A stretch of DNA of 48,134 bases from an uncultured Peptococcaceae bacterium (GTDB lineage Bacteria > Bacillota > Dehalobacteriia > UBA4068 > UBA4997): the NCBI GenBank assembly GCA_947647555.1, contig CANSKT010000005.1, positions 1 through 48,134 of the forward strand. Direction: 5' to 3'. The notes under the pieces were generated by a model. That model ran no database searches. It was not told where the DNA came from and was given only the letters and a program-made list of their open reading frames with translations. Position numbers and translations under genes: made by a program. Positions 1-8,385 of this stretch are shown here, piece after piece. Position 1 is the stretch's first letter. Every line of letters begins with the position of its first letter.

Positions 1-62
<62 letters not shown>

Positions 63-68
63 AAAAAG

Positions 69-142
69 CGACGCAGATGGGGTTCGAACCCACGACCTCC
101 AGCGTGACAGGCTGGCATTCTAACCAACTGAACTACTGCGCC
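69..142 (-). tRNA. tRNA-Asp(GTC)
   Basis: GGCGCAGTAGTTCAGTTGGTTAGAATGCCAGCCT-GTC-ACGCTGGAGGTCGTGGGTTCGAACCCCATCTGCGTCG forms a cloverleaf; CCA not encoded. Confidence 0.96.
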
Positions 143-146
143 ATAG

Positions 147-220
147 TGACCTGTAGGGGATTTGAACCCCTGAATGCCAGCGTGAAAGGCTGGTGAGTTA
201 AACCGCTTCTCCAACGTGCC
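147..220 (-). tRNA. tRNA-Glu(TTC), with two acceptor-stem mismatches
   Basis: GGCACGTTGGAGAAGCGGTTTAACTCACCAGCCT-TTC-ACGCTGGCATTCAGGGGTTCAAATCCCCTACAGGTCA; A4:G69 and C5:A68 do not pair. Confidence 0.9.
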
Positions 221-225
221 AAAAA

Positions 226-301
226 TGGTGATCCACCCGCGATTCGAACGCGGGACACCCTGATTAAAAGTCAGGTGCTCTGCCAACTGAGCTAGTGGAT
301 C
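226..301 (-). tRNA. tRNA-Lys(TTT)
   Basis: GATCCACTAGCTCAGTTGGCAGAGCACCTGACT-TTT-AATCAGGGTGTCCCGCGTTCGAATCGCGGGTGGATCACCA; 76 nt with encoded CCA. Confidence 0.97.
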
Positions 302-307
302 ATACTC

Positions 308-383
308 TGGTGGACCATCACGGACTCGAACCGTGGACATTCTGATTAAGAGTCAGCTACTCTACCAACTGAGTTAATGGTCC
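308..383 (-). tRNA. tRNA-Lys(CTT)
   Basis: GGACCATTAACTCAGTTGGTAGAGTAGCTGACT-CTT-AATCAGAATGTCCACGGTTCGAGTCCGTGATGGTCCACCA; 76 nt with encoded CCA. Confidence 0.97.
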
Positions 384-415
384 AAATCACGAAATGTAAT
401 CACATGCGCTTTAAT

Positions 416-444
416 ATTATAGAACAAGTAACGCCAGTTGTCAA
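416..444 (-). promoter_or_regulatory. SigA promoter of the tRNA operon
   Basis: Perfect TTGACA (444-439) - 17 nt - TATAAT (421-416) upstream of tRNA-Lys(CTT). Confidence 0.9.
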
Positions 445-642
445 GCTTTTTTGCAAAAAAAACCTGCAAATTTATAAAGAATTTTAGGCGTGTGAATGTG
501 ATAATGCCGAAATCTGGCAAAAACGGCGGATAAACGCTGAATATCGGTTAAAATGCAGGGGTTTGAGTGACAAACTTTTCGCGATTTTTTGGCGCGCGCC
601 GGGTATAATTGGCCTGATAATATCTGGCAGGAGGGGTTGTTT

Positions 643-1821
643 ATGCAAAATCGTGCGGTTTTTCGGGCATATTGCCTGCTTTTGGTTTTTTTAGTGATAT
701 TGTTTCTGGGAGTTTCAATGGCCCGGGCCTGGGCCATTCCGGAGCCGGGCGGAATAGAGCCGCAGCCGTCTGACGGCTGGCGTTTGGTTATACACCAGCC
801 TGACGGCCAACACCAGGAATACTGGTTGGCCGCAGAAACGCCGGCGGCAGCTGGAGAACTGCCGGGTTGGCAGTTGAATGAGCCCTATGTGCCGCTGCGG
901 CTGTTGGCGGAAAAGGCCGGGGCCTCTCTGGGCTGGTTTGAATATCATAATGGCAGTATCCATACCGGCGCTGCCGTTTGGTGGCAGGACGATAAGGGGG
1001 TAATTTTGCTGCCGGGTTGCAGTACGGTTTTTGGCGTGAGCCAGTCTGCGGACGAGCCGCTGGTACATAACATGCCGGAGTATGCCCGGCCCTTGCTTTT
1101 GCAGGACGTGCTTTGTCTGCCTTTGCAGCTGCTGGACACGCTTGGTTTGGATTATACCCTGCAAGCGGAGAATGCGCAGGTTGATATCTGGCTGAATGGT
1201 GATGTAATCGTTTTGGCAGAAAATGAAGCGGACGAGCAATATTATTATAATGAAGAAAAAGCCGCGCAGGCGCAGATAGAAAATATCTGGCAGGTCATGC
1301 AGCCGCATCTGGCAGACTTTTGGGCGGAGGAGTTGGGCAATCAGCTTCTGGCCGCGGCCGAAACCAGCTTTGACCCGGCGCTGTCCGGGCGTACGCAAAA
1401 TATTTTTTTGGCGGTGGAGTCTTTGCATGGCTGGCAGGCGGCGCCCGGCGCTGACTTTTCCTTTAATCAGACGGTAGGGCCGCGCACGCCGGAGCGCGGT
1501 TTTGAATTGGCGACGATTTTTGTCGATGGCGAGCCACAGCCGGGTTATGGCGGCGGTATATGTCAGGTTAGCAGTACCTTATACATGGCGCTGCGTCAAA
1601 CGGAGCTGGAAATTTTGGAAAGACATTCACATTCCAGGCCGGTTGCTTATGCGCCAAAGGGCGCCGACGCCACGGTGGTCTGGAATGCGCTGGATTTGCG
1701 CTGGCGTAATAATCTGGGCGCGCCGGTTTATCTGCTTTGTCGGATTGAGGGGAACCGGCTGCGCATAGAGGTCTGGCAGGGGAATGCGCCGCGTGAACTG
1801 CCACAAATTTTCAAAATTTAA
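643..1821 (+). CDS. Exported VanW-family protein with an N-terminal copper-amine-oxidase-N-like region
   Basis: C-terminal VanW motifs FSFNQTVGPRT, GGGICQVSSTLY, ERHSHS, DATV; hydrophobic N-terminal signal/anchor; YVPLRLLAEKAGA motif. Start moved to ATG 643 after SD GGAGG. Confidence 0.85.
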   Translation: MQNRAVFRAYCLLLVFLVILFLGVSMARAWAIPEPGGIEPQPSDGWRLVIHQPDGQHQEYWLAAETPAAAGELPGWQLNEPYVPLRLLAEKAGASLGWFEYHNGSIHTGAAVWWQDDKGVILLPGCSTVFGVSQSADEPLVHNMPEYARPLLLQDVLCLPLQLLDTLGLDYTLQAENAQVDIWLNGDVIVLAENEADEQYYYNEEKAAQAQIENIWQVMQPHLADFWAEELGNQLLAAAETSFDPALSGRTQNIFLAVESLHGWQAAPGADFSFNQTVGPRTPERGFELATIFVDGEPQPGYGGGICQVSSTLYMALRQTELEILERHSHSRPVAYAPKGADATVVWNALDLRWRNNLGAPVYLLCRIEGNRLRIEVWQGNAPRELPQIFKI

Positions 1822-1907
1822 GGAAAGACCTGTTCCGTAAAAATTTTTTCTAAAAAAGCCCCGGAAGTCCCATAATTAATAATAATTAATAATAAAGAAG
1901 AATTTTG

Positions 1908-1936
1908 TTGACAGTTCTGTTTTGAAATAGTATAAT
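1908..1936 (+). promoter_or_regulatory. SigA promoter of purA
   Basis: TTGACA (1908-1913) - 17 nt - TATAAT (1931-1936). Confidence 0.85.
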
Positions 1937-2000
1937 TTTAAGTAAGAGAGCAGCAAGATTTTTGGCTCCAAGAATATTTCAGCAGAAAAGAGGAATGGAT

Positions 2001-3290
2001 ATGGCTTCATTAATTGTTGTAGGTTCGCAATGGGGCGATGAGGGGAAAGGAAAAATTACGGATTATCTGGCCAGTCAGGCGGATATGGTTTTGCGTTGTC
2101 AGGGTGGCTCCAATGCTGGCCACACAATTGTGGTTAACGGCAAAAAGCATGCGCTGCATCTTGTACCCTCCGGCATTTTTAATCCGGATACTATTTGCGT
2201 GGTTGGCAATGGTGTTGTTCTGGATTTGGGCATTGTGCTGCTGGAAATTAAAAAATTACAGGAGCAGGGCATTTCTACCAAAAATCTGGTAATCTCTGAA
2301 AAAGCGCATATTATTATGCCTTATCATTTTACAATGGACGATTATCAGGAGTCTTTGAAAGGCGATAAAAAAATTGGCACTACCAGGCGCGGTATTGGCC
2401 CTGCCTATATGGATAAGGTTGCCCGGCAGGGAATTCGGCTTATGGATTTGTTGGCTTGGCAGCCTTTTTTGGAGAAGCTGGATTATAATTTGAATGAAAA
2501 GAATGAGATTTTCCGCCGTGCAGGTCTGCCGGTGATTGAGGGCGAGATTAAGGAGCGCCTGATTGCTGATTTTGCTGTTTACCGGGAACAGATTACGCCT
2601 TATGTCGGCGAAACCATTTATCTGGTTAATGAGGCGCTGGAGGCCGGGCAGAAGCTGCTGTTTGAGGGCGCGCAGGGCTCCATGCTGGATTTGGATCATG
2701 GTACATATCCTTTTGTAACTTCCAGCAATACGGTGGCGGCCGGCAGTTGCAGCGGTGTAGGCATTGGGCCAACCAGAATTGATAAAATTCTGGGTATTGC
2801 CAAGGCGTACAGCACGCGTGTGGGCGAGGGGCCGTTCCCCACAGAATTGACCGGTGAGGCTGGAGATAATCTGCGCAATCTGGGCAATGAATTTGGCGTA
2901 ACCACCGGTCGTTCACGCCGTGTGGGCTGGTTTGACAGCGTTGTGGTGCGTTATAGCGCGCTGGTTAACGGCATGACGCATCTTTGCGTTACCAAACTGG
3001 ATATTTTGGATACTCTGCCGGAAATTAAAATCTGCACGGGTTATAGCCGGACGGGTGTAATTTTGAAGAAAATGCCCTCCACTTTGGAGGAACTGGCTAA
3101 ATGTAAGCCCATCTATGAAACGATGCCGGGCTGGCTGGCGGATACCAGCGGCTGCCGTCGGTTTGAGGACCTGCCGGAGAATGCCCAGAAATATATTTTG
3201 CGTCTGGAAGAACTTTGCGGTCTGCCGGTTGCCATGGTGGCCGTGGGCGCGGACAGAGAGCAGATTATTGTGCGCCAGTCAATGTTTTAG
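2001..3290 (+). CDS. purA: Adenylosuccinate synthetase
   Basis: QWGDEGKGK, GGSNAGHT, IGTTRRGIGPAY, EGAQG, GTYPFVTSS, TTGRSRRVGWFD, TKLD. ATG 2001 follows SD AGAGGA. Confidence 0.98.
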   Translation: MASLIVVGSQWGDEGKGKITDYLASQADMVLRCQGGSNAGHTIVVNGKKHALHLVPSGIFNPDTICVVGNGVVLDLGIVLLEIKKLQEQGISTKNLVISEKAHIIMPYHFTMDDYQESLKGDKKIGTTRRGIGPAYMDKVARQGIRLMDLLAWQPFLEKLDYNLNEKNEIFRRAGLPVIEGEIKERLIADFAVYREQITPYVGETIYLVNEALEAGQKLLFEGAQGSMLDLDHGTYPFVTSSNTVAAGSCSGVGIGPTRIDKILGIAKAYSTRVGEGPFPTELTGEAGDNLRNLGNEFGVTTGRSRRVGWFDSVVVRYSALVNGMTHLCVTKLDILDTLPEIKICTGYSRTGVILKKMPSTLEELAKCKPIYETMPGWLADTSGCRRFEDLPENAQKYILRLEELCGLPVAMVAVGADREQIIVRQSMF

Positions 3291-3446
3291 GAGTAAATAT
3301 TAAAATATTTTGATAGTATAAGGACCGGTAAATTAATCAGGGGAGTGTCTTAAACCGGGATTTTTAGGCCAACTGCAGGTGCAGTTTATTTAATAATATT
3401 GTAGCTCAATTTAATAATATTTTAATAAACAAAGAAGGGGTTGCTT

Positions 3447-4181
3447 ATGATGAGCCAGACTACGAGGGACCCTGCGCAGAGGCTGGAGTCCAAATGGCAA
3501 AAAATTTTGAAAGAATTCACTAAACGTCCAAGAGATGTGCAGACGGTACCAAAAATAAACCGGCCGGGGCGTTGGTTTTATGCCTGCGCACTGAATGGCA
3601 GTCTTTATGTGCGCCATGCTCAGGAGCCGGAACATCAGGAGCGTGCCTGTAAGCTGGTGCGTCAGCGGCATCTGTTGCGTGATGAATTTGAGCAGATGTT
3701 TGAACTGTATCAGCGCTGGAGCAAGGGCGAGAAGATTTGGGGGCGTGGTCACGCCAAGGCCGAACAGCCGGAGCCGAAGCTGCAAATTTATTGGTTTGGT
3801 ATATTTGCGGCGGTCTGGCCGTCCAAGCATAATTTTGGTGGTTTTAAACAGCAGGCCAGTCTGGAGCGTTGGCAGAAAATTATGGCGGAGTTTGCCAATA
3901 ATCCGCATGACGTGCGGACAATGCCTACTAATCGCCGCGCCAGCAAATGGTTTTATGTTTATGTGGAGAAAAACAGTCTGTATGTTGAAAAAAGCCGCCA
4001 TACCAAAGCGGAGGATTCTTGTCAGATTAGCCAAAGACGGTTTTTACGTCCCAGCGAGTTGGAGGATATGTGGATTTATTACCTGCGCCGCCGTGACGGT
4101 GAAAATATTTTCCGTGAGGCGACGGAGCGATGTCGCAATCAGGTTTACTGGTATGGTATATTTGCTGATTTAGGTTTGTAA
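3447..4181 (+). CDS. Hypothetical protein made of two tandem copies of an approximately 105-aa domain
   Basis: Both halves contain WQKIxxEF..PxDVxTxP..WFY..SLYV..C..R.L..E.E.M..Y.R..GE.I..Q(I/V)YW(F/Y)GIFA; SD AGAAGGGG precedes ATG 3447. Confidence 0.8.
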   Translation: MMSQTTRDPAQRLESKWQKILKEFTKRPRDVQTVPKINRPGRWFYACALNGSLYVRHAQEPEHQERACKLVRQRHLLRDEFEQMFELYQRWSKGEKIWGRGHAKAEQPEPKLQIYWFGIFAAVWPSKHNFGGFKQQASLERWQKIMAEFANNPHDVRTMPTNRRASKWFYVYVEKNSLYVEKSRHTKAEDSCQISQRRFLRPSELEDMWIYYLRRRDGENIFREATERCRNQVYWYGIFADLGL

Positions 4182-4255
4182 ACAAATTAAGAAGCTCAAT
4201 AGCTTTTTTCTGCCTGTCAGGGCGCTGTTGAACTTCTATATATATTAAATTTAGG

Positions 4256-4330
4256 TTGTCAATATCTTAAATAGATTGTCAATATCTTAAATTAGATTGT
4301 CAATAACTAAAAAATGTCGATATCTTTAAA
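4256..4330. repeat. Tandem 17-21 bp direct repeats (TTGTCAATATCTTAAA core) upstream of ndk
   Basis: Exact copies start at 4256 and 4276; degenerate copies at 4297 and about 4314. Confidence 0.85.
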
Positions 4331-4348
4331 AACAGGAGGAAATTTTAA

Positions 4349-4747
4349 ATGGAAAGAACTTACATTATGTTGAAGCCCGACGCTTTGAAGCGCGGCGTGG
4401 CCGGGGAGATTATTTCACGTATTGAGCGCAAAGGCTATAAAATCGTGGAAGCAAAAACCATGCAGCTGGGAGAGGAAATTCTGAAAGAGCATTATGCGCA
4501 TATTGCAGATAAGCCGTTTTTCCCGGAATTGGTTGAATATATGACCAGCGGCCCGGTTTTGGCGATGATTGTGGAGGGTCCCGATGTGGTTCTGGGCATG
4601 CGCATTCTGATGGGCGCCACCAAGTTTGAAGAAGCTGCACCTGGCACAATCCGCGGCGATTATGCTTTCTGCACCACTGAGAATTTAATTCATGGTTCTG
4701 ACAGTGTGGAGAATGCAGAAATTGAAATTAAACGCTTTTTTCGCTAA
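4349..4747 (+). CDS. ndk: Nucleoside diphosphate kinase
   Basis: ERTYIMLKPD, HYAH, PFFPELVEYMTSGPV, PGTIRGD, NLIHGSDS (catalytic His); SD AGGAGG. Confidence 0.98.
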   Translation: MERTYIMLKPDALKRGVAGEIISRIERKGYKIVEAKTMQLGEEILKEHYAHIADKPFFPELVEYMTSGPVLAMIVEGPDVVLGMRILMGATKFEEAAPGTIRGDYAFCTTENLIHGSDSVENAEIEIKRFFR

Positions 4748-4850
4748 GGCGTAATTAATTTGCCGGAAAAATGGCCGTGCAAAAAATTCTTAAAAACTGA
4801 TGCAGGAAATATTATTTTGTAACTAAACGCAAAAAAAGGGGGAATTGGAT

Positions 4851-6428
4851 ATGAGCATGAGAGAAAAATTGGCCGAGGCTGGCTATATCAATCTGGGCGA
4901 AATTTTCGATAATTTATCACCGGCTTTGCTGGTGGAACAGGCATTGCGCCGTGGGGAGGGCGTGCTTTCCAGCACCGGCGCTTTGGCTGTGGAAACCGGC
5001 AAATATACGGGACGCTCGCCGGAGGACCGTTTTGTGGTGGAAGATGAAACCACCAAAGACACAGTGGATTGGGGCAAGATTAATAAACCTTTCTGTCCCG
5101 AGGCTTTTGCTGCGCTGCGCAGTCGGCAAAAAGCTTATTTGGAGGGGCGCGATGTTTTCGTTTTTGACGGCTACATCGGCGCTGACGAAGAATATCGTAT
5201 TCCGGTACGCGTGATTAATGAGTACGCCTGGCAAAATCTTTTTATTCATCATCTGCTGCGCCGCCCGACCAAGGAAGAACTGGCCAATTTTGAGCCGCAG
5301 GTTACACTGGTTTGCACACCGGGCTTTAAGGCCATTCCGGAATTGGACAAAACCAACTCTGAAGCTTTTATTATCCTGAACTTCACCAGTCAGGAAATTT
5401 TGATTGGCGGAGCCTCCTATGCTGGCGAGATGAAAAAATCCTGCTTCAGTTATATGAATTATATGATGCCGGAGCGCGGCGTTTGCCCGATGCATTGTTC
5501 CGCCAATATTGGCGCCGACGGCACCACCGCTTTGTTCTTTGGTCTTTCCGGCACCGGCAAAACCACCCTTTCCGCCGACCCCCTGCGTCAGCTGATTGGC
5601 GATGATGAACACGGCTGGTCTGAAAAAGGCATTTTCAACTTTGAGGGCGGTTGCTATGCTAAGGCAATTAAGCTTTCCCAGGAGGGTGAACCGCAGATTT
5701 GGAACGCTATCAAATTTGGCGCGGTAATTGAAAATGTGATTATGGACCCGGAAACTCGTCTGGCCGATTATGATGACGACAGCCTGACCGAGAATATCCG
5801 CACCGGCTATCCGGTTGATTATATTCCCGATGCTGTGCTTACCGGCAAAGGCGGTCAGCCCAAGGCTATTATCTTCCTGACGGCCGACGCTTTCGGCGTG
5901 TTGCCGCCGGTGGCAAAATTGGATCAGAACCAGGCCAGCTATTACTATCTCTCTGGCTATACTAGCAAGCTGGCCGGCACCGAGCGCGGCATCACCGAGC
6001 CGCAGGCTACATTCTCCGCTGGCTTTGGCGCGCCGTTCCTGCCCCGGGCTGTTGGCGAGTATGCTAAATTGCTGCGCGCTAACATTGCCAAATACGGCAC
6101 GGAGGTTTATATGCTGAACACCGGCTGGACTGGCGGCCCTTACGGCGTTGGTTCCCGTATGAAGCTGGCTTATACCCGGGCGATGGTTACCGCTGCTTTG
6201 AATGGCGATTTGGCTAATGTGGAATATGAAACCGACCCGATTTTTGGTCTGGCCGTGCCGAAGACCTGCCCGAACGTGCCGGAGGAAGTTCTCAATCCGC
6301 GCAACACCTGGGCGGATAAGGCGGCTTATGATGAGTCGGCTAAAAAGCTGGCGGCTTTGTTTGTGGAAAATTTCAAAACATATAATGGCGTGGACGCTGA
6401 TATTCAGGCGGCCGGCCCTGGCAAATAA
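4851..6428 (+). CDS. pckA: Phosphoenolpyruvate carboxykinase (ATP)
   Basis: TGKYTGRSP, YAGEMKK, MHCSAN, FGLSGTGKTTLS, IGDDEHGW, FNFEGGCYAK, NTGWTGG. Confidence 0.98.
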   Translation: MSMREKLAEAGYINLGEIFDNLSPALLVEQALRRGEGVLSSTGALAVETGKYTGRSPEDRFVVEDETTKDTVDWGKINKPFCPEAFAALRSRQKAYLEGRDVFVFDGYIGADEEYRIPVRVINEYAWQNLFIHHLLRRPTKEELANFEPQVTLVCTPGFKAIPELDKTNSEAFIILNFTSQEILIGGASYAGEMKKSCFSYMNYMMPERGVCPMHCSANIGADGTTALFFGLSGTGKTTLSADPLRQLIGDDEHGWSEKGIFNFEGGCYAKAIKLSQEGEPQIWNAIKFGAVIENVIMDPETRLADYDDDSLTENIRTGYPVDYIPDAVLTGKGGQPKAIIFLTADAFGVLPPVAKLDQNQASYYYLSGYTSKLAGTERGITEPQATFSAGFGAPFLPRAVGEYAKLLRANIAKYGTEVYMLNTGWTGGPYGVGSRMKLAYTRAMVTAALNGDLANVEYETDPIFGLAVPKTCPNVPEEVLNPRNTWADKAAYDESAKKLAALFVENFKTYNGVDADIQAAGPGK

Positions 6429-6443
6429 AATAGTTCTTTAATA

Positions 6444-6487
6444 ATATGGAGGTGGGTCGGTTTTTTGCGGCGCATCTCCATATTTTT
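6444..6487 (+). terminator. Probable intrinsic terminator after pckA
   Basis: AATATGGAGGTG ... CATCTCCATATT inverted repeat followed by a T run. Confidence 0.6.
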
Positions 6488-6518
6488 GAACTTGGCATTC
6501 ATTAAGGAGTGTGATAGT

Positions 6519-7190
6519 ATGTCGTTGACTAAGCGTTTGGCTGTTATAGCTATTTTTATTAACATTATGTTGCTGTTTTTCTGTCCGGGCATTGCCTTTG
6601 TTGGTGAATATACCGGGTTGCGCGCATTGCTAAGTGTACTCATGGCCTTTGCGCCGCTGGTGGCGTTTGTGTTTCTGATTGTGGGCTGTGTGCCGGCTAA
6701 GGAAACCAGGTCTTCTCGGGCGGTCTGCCGCGTCGGCCTGTTCATTGTGGCTTTTAGCATTGCTTCCATGGCCTATTGCTGGGATTTTGGCCGCAATGGC
6801 GTGTATCCGCTGTTTGATGACTTGCAGACGGCTGATGTGCAGCGCGTGGGAATTTACGTTGGCACAGTGACCAATCAGAATATTACCATGGTTGAATTGG
6901 ACGAAACCGAGCGCGCCGAGGTTTTGGCGCTTATGCAGCAGGTTACCTGTCGCAATCCCCATGCTTCTGTTAAGCAAACCTCTGCGCAGGACAGCGGCTG
7001 TTTTAATTTTTTCGTGAACGGTGCAGAAGGTGATAATTTCTGCTTTGGGGTTTATCCGCCATATTATGTAGACTCACATGAAATCGCTTACCGGGCTGAA
7101 GATGAGCAGGTCTGTCAGCAGCTGGCGGATTTGTATGCGGAACTGCGGACAAAATATGAGCCGGCAGCTTTGGCGGCAGCCGGGGATTGA
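6519..7190 (+). CDS. Hypothetical membrane protein (3 N-terminal TM helices plus a soluble domain), cassette 1
   Basis: SD AAGGAG before ATG 6519; three hydrophobic segments; C-terminus nearly identical to that of the next gene. Confidence 0.8.
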   Translation: MSLTKRLAVIAIFINIMLLFFCPGIAFVGEYTGLRALLSVLMAFAPLVAFVFLIVGCVPAKETRSSRAVCRVGLFIVAFSIASMAYCWDFGRNGVYPLFDDLQTADVQRVGIYVGTVTNQNITMVELDETERAEVLALMQQVTCRNPHASVKQTSAQDSGCFNFFVNGAEGDNFCFGVYPPYYVDSHEIAYRAEDEQVCQQLADLYAELRTKYEPAALAAAGD

Positions 7191-7845
7191 TAGTTATGAG
7201 CAATTTTAAAAGAGTGCTTTTTCTGGCGCTTTTACTCAATTTGCCCATGATAATATTTGCTTATGCTTTGGGATTTGGCAGTGGGCTAGAAAATATGTAT
7301 CATTGGGCATTGGCTGTTATATTTTTTACTTTTCTGGCCATACCCCTGCTGATTTTGGGTCTGGCTGTGCAGCGGCCCAAACTTTCTCGAATGATTGGCT
7401 GCGTGGGGCTGGTTATATTCGCTTTGGCGCTGTTCGGGCAGGTTGGCGGTTATTATTATAAGTTTAACGGTGTTTGGCAGCCGGAAAAATATGCCCAAAT
7501 GAACGAGCAGACAGAGCAGGTACGTCAGATTTTAATAGGTCAGGATAATTTGGCGATTGAGGAAGATGATTGGCCGCGTGTGCTGGATTTAATGCAGCAG
7601 ATAACCTATCGAAATCCTAATTACTGGATTAAATCCCCCGGCGATTTGTTGCCAGAGGCAAATTATAATTGTCGTTTTCTGGTTTGTTATGCTGATGATA
7701 GTTGTCAGAGTGTAATACTTTATCCGCCATATTATTTGGGCTATGAAAGCGCTTATCGCGCCGGTGATGAGCAGGTCTGCCAGCAGCTGGCGGATTTGTA
7801 TGCGGAACTGCGGACAAAATATGAGCCGGCGGCTTTGGCGGCGGC
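7101..7845 (+). repeat. 80-bp direct repeat (7101-7180 and 7766-7845) at the 3' ends of the two paralogs
   Basis: 77/80 identical by manual alignment; all three differences are synonymous third positions. Confidence 0.92.
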
Positions 7846-7852
7846 GGAATAA
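7196..7852 (+). CDS. Hypothetical membrane protein (3 N-terminal TM helices plus a soluble domain), cassette 2, paralog of the previous gene
   Basis: Same layout; shared motifs VLxLMQQ(V/I)TxRNP, YPPYY and AYRAxDEQVCQQLADLYAELRTKYEPAALAAA. Confidence 0.8.
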   Translation: MSNFKRVLFLALLLNLPMIIFAYALGFGSGLENMYHWALAVIFFTFLAIPLLILGLAVQRPKLSRMIGCVGLVIFALALFGQVGGYYYKFNGVWQPEKYAQMNEQTEQVRQILIGQDNLAIEEDDWPRVLDLMQQITYRNPNYWIKSPGDLLPEANYNCRFLVCYADDSCQSVILYPPYYLGYESAYRAGDEQVCQQLADLYAELRTKYEPAALAAAE

Positions 7853-7871
7853 ATTTTGAAAAAAGCATAAG

Positions 7872-7914
7872 AAAAATAGCCGCCCGGTTTCGTAGACAGG
7901 TTGCGGCTATTTTT
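7872..7914. terminator. Bidirectional terminator-like hairpin
   Basis: AAAAATAGCCGC ... GCGGCTATTTTT; same stem as the hairpin at 8305-8342. Confidence 0.8.
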
Positions 7915-8056
7915 AAACATAAATCTTTTTTGGGCTGACCCGGTTTGATGATCAGCTCTTTGTGCTTCTATTTTAGTATAAAAGATTTTGATTGTTAATA
8001 ACTAAAAAACAGGCTATCATCAAAAAAGGAGGGGTGCATAGAATTAAAATGCAAAC

Positions 8057-8085
8057 TTGCTTTTTCATATTATTTATGTTAGAAT
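8057..8085 (+). promoter_or_regulatory. SigA promoter for the small peptide gene
   Basis: TTGCTT (8057-8062) - 17 nt - TAGAAT (8080-8085), with extended -10 TG at 8077-8078. Confidence 0.7.
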
Positions 8086-8214
8086 ATTTGAAGAAAAGAG
8101 AATATTCGTTCAATATGCGGCTGTCCCTCAAGGAACCACGAAGCGCAAGCGAAGTGATGAGAGGGTGACGTTATCCCCCTCTATCGCTTACATAGGAGAA
8201 AAGGGGGTGCTGCC

Positions 8215-8310
8215 ATGATTTGGATAAGCATTGCCGCCCTGATTATGCAGGCTATTCAGCTTGCTGTTCAAGTGGCAGAGTTTTTGAAGAATAAAAGCGC
8301 ACAAAAATAG
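8215..8310 (+). CDS. 31-aa hydrophobic peptide, candidate type I toxin (MIWISIAALIMQAIQLAVQVAEFLKNKSAQK)
   Basis: Translated by hand (not in the ORF track). SD AAGGGGGTG at 8201-8209; one hydrophobic helix plus a Lys-rich tail; stop codon lies within the AAATAGCCGC hairpin. Confidence 0.78.
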   Translation: MIWISIAALIMQAIQLAVQVAEFLKNKSAQK

Positions 8311-8385
8311 CCGCCCTCCTCGACAAAAGATAGCGGCTATTTAATGCCTGTTAGAGGGGTAGACGTTGAAAACGAATACCTCTTT
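8300..8385 (-). ncRNA. Candidate antisense antitoxin RNA (about 85 nt)
   Basis: Minus-strand promoter TTGACT (8419-8414) - 17 nt - TATAAT (8396-8391). Transcript would end at hairpin 8342-8305 followed by a U run on this strand; no ORF. Confidence 0.65.

Noticed and set aside
6519-7852. Diversity-generating retroelement (template/variable repeat pair)
   Set aside because: No reverse transcriptase in the window; both repeat copies are coding and differ only at three synonymous sites.
8025-8168. Strong SD AAGGAGG followed by a 44-codon GTG ORF (8034-8168)
   Set aside because: SD-to-GTG spacing is too short and the ORF runs through the toxin promoter; possibly a decayed start, but not supportable as a gene.
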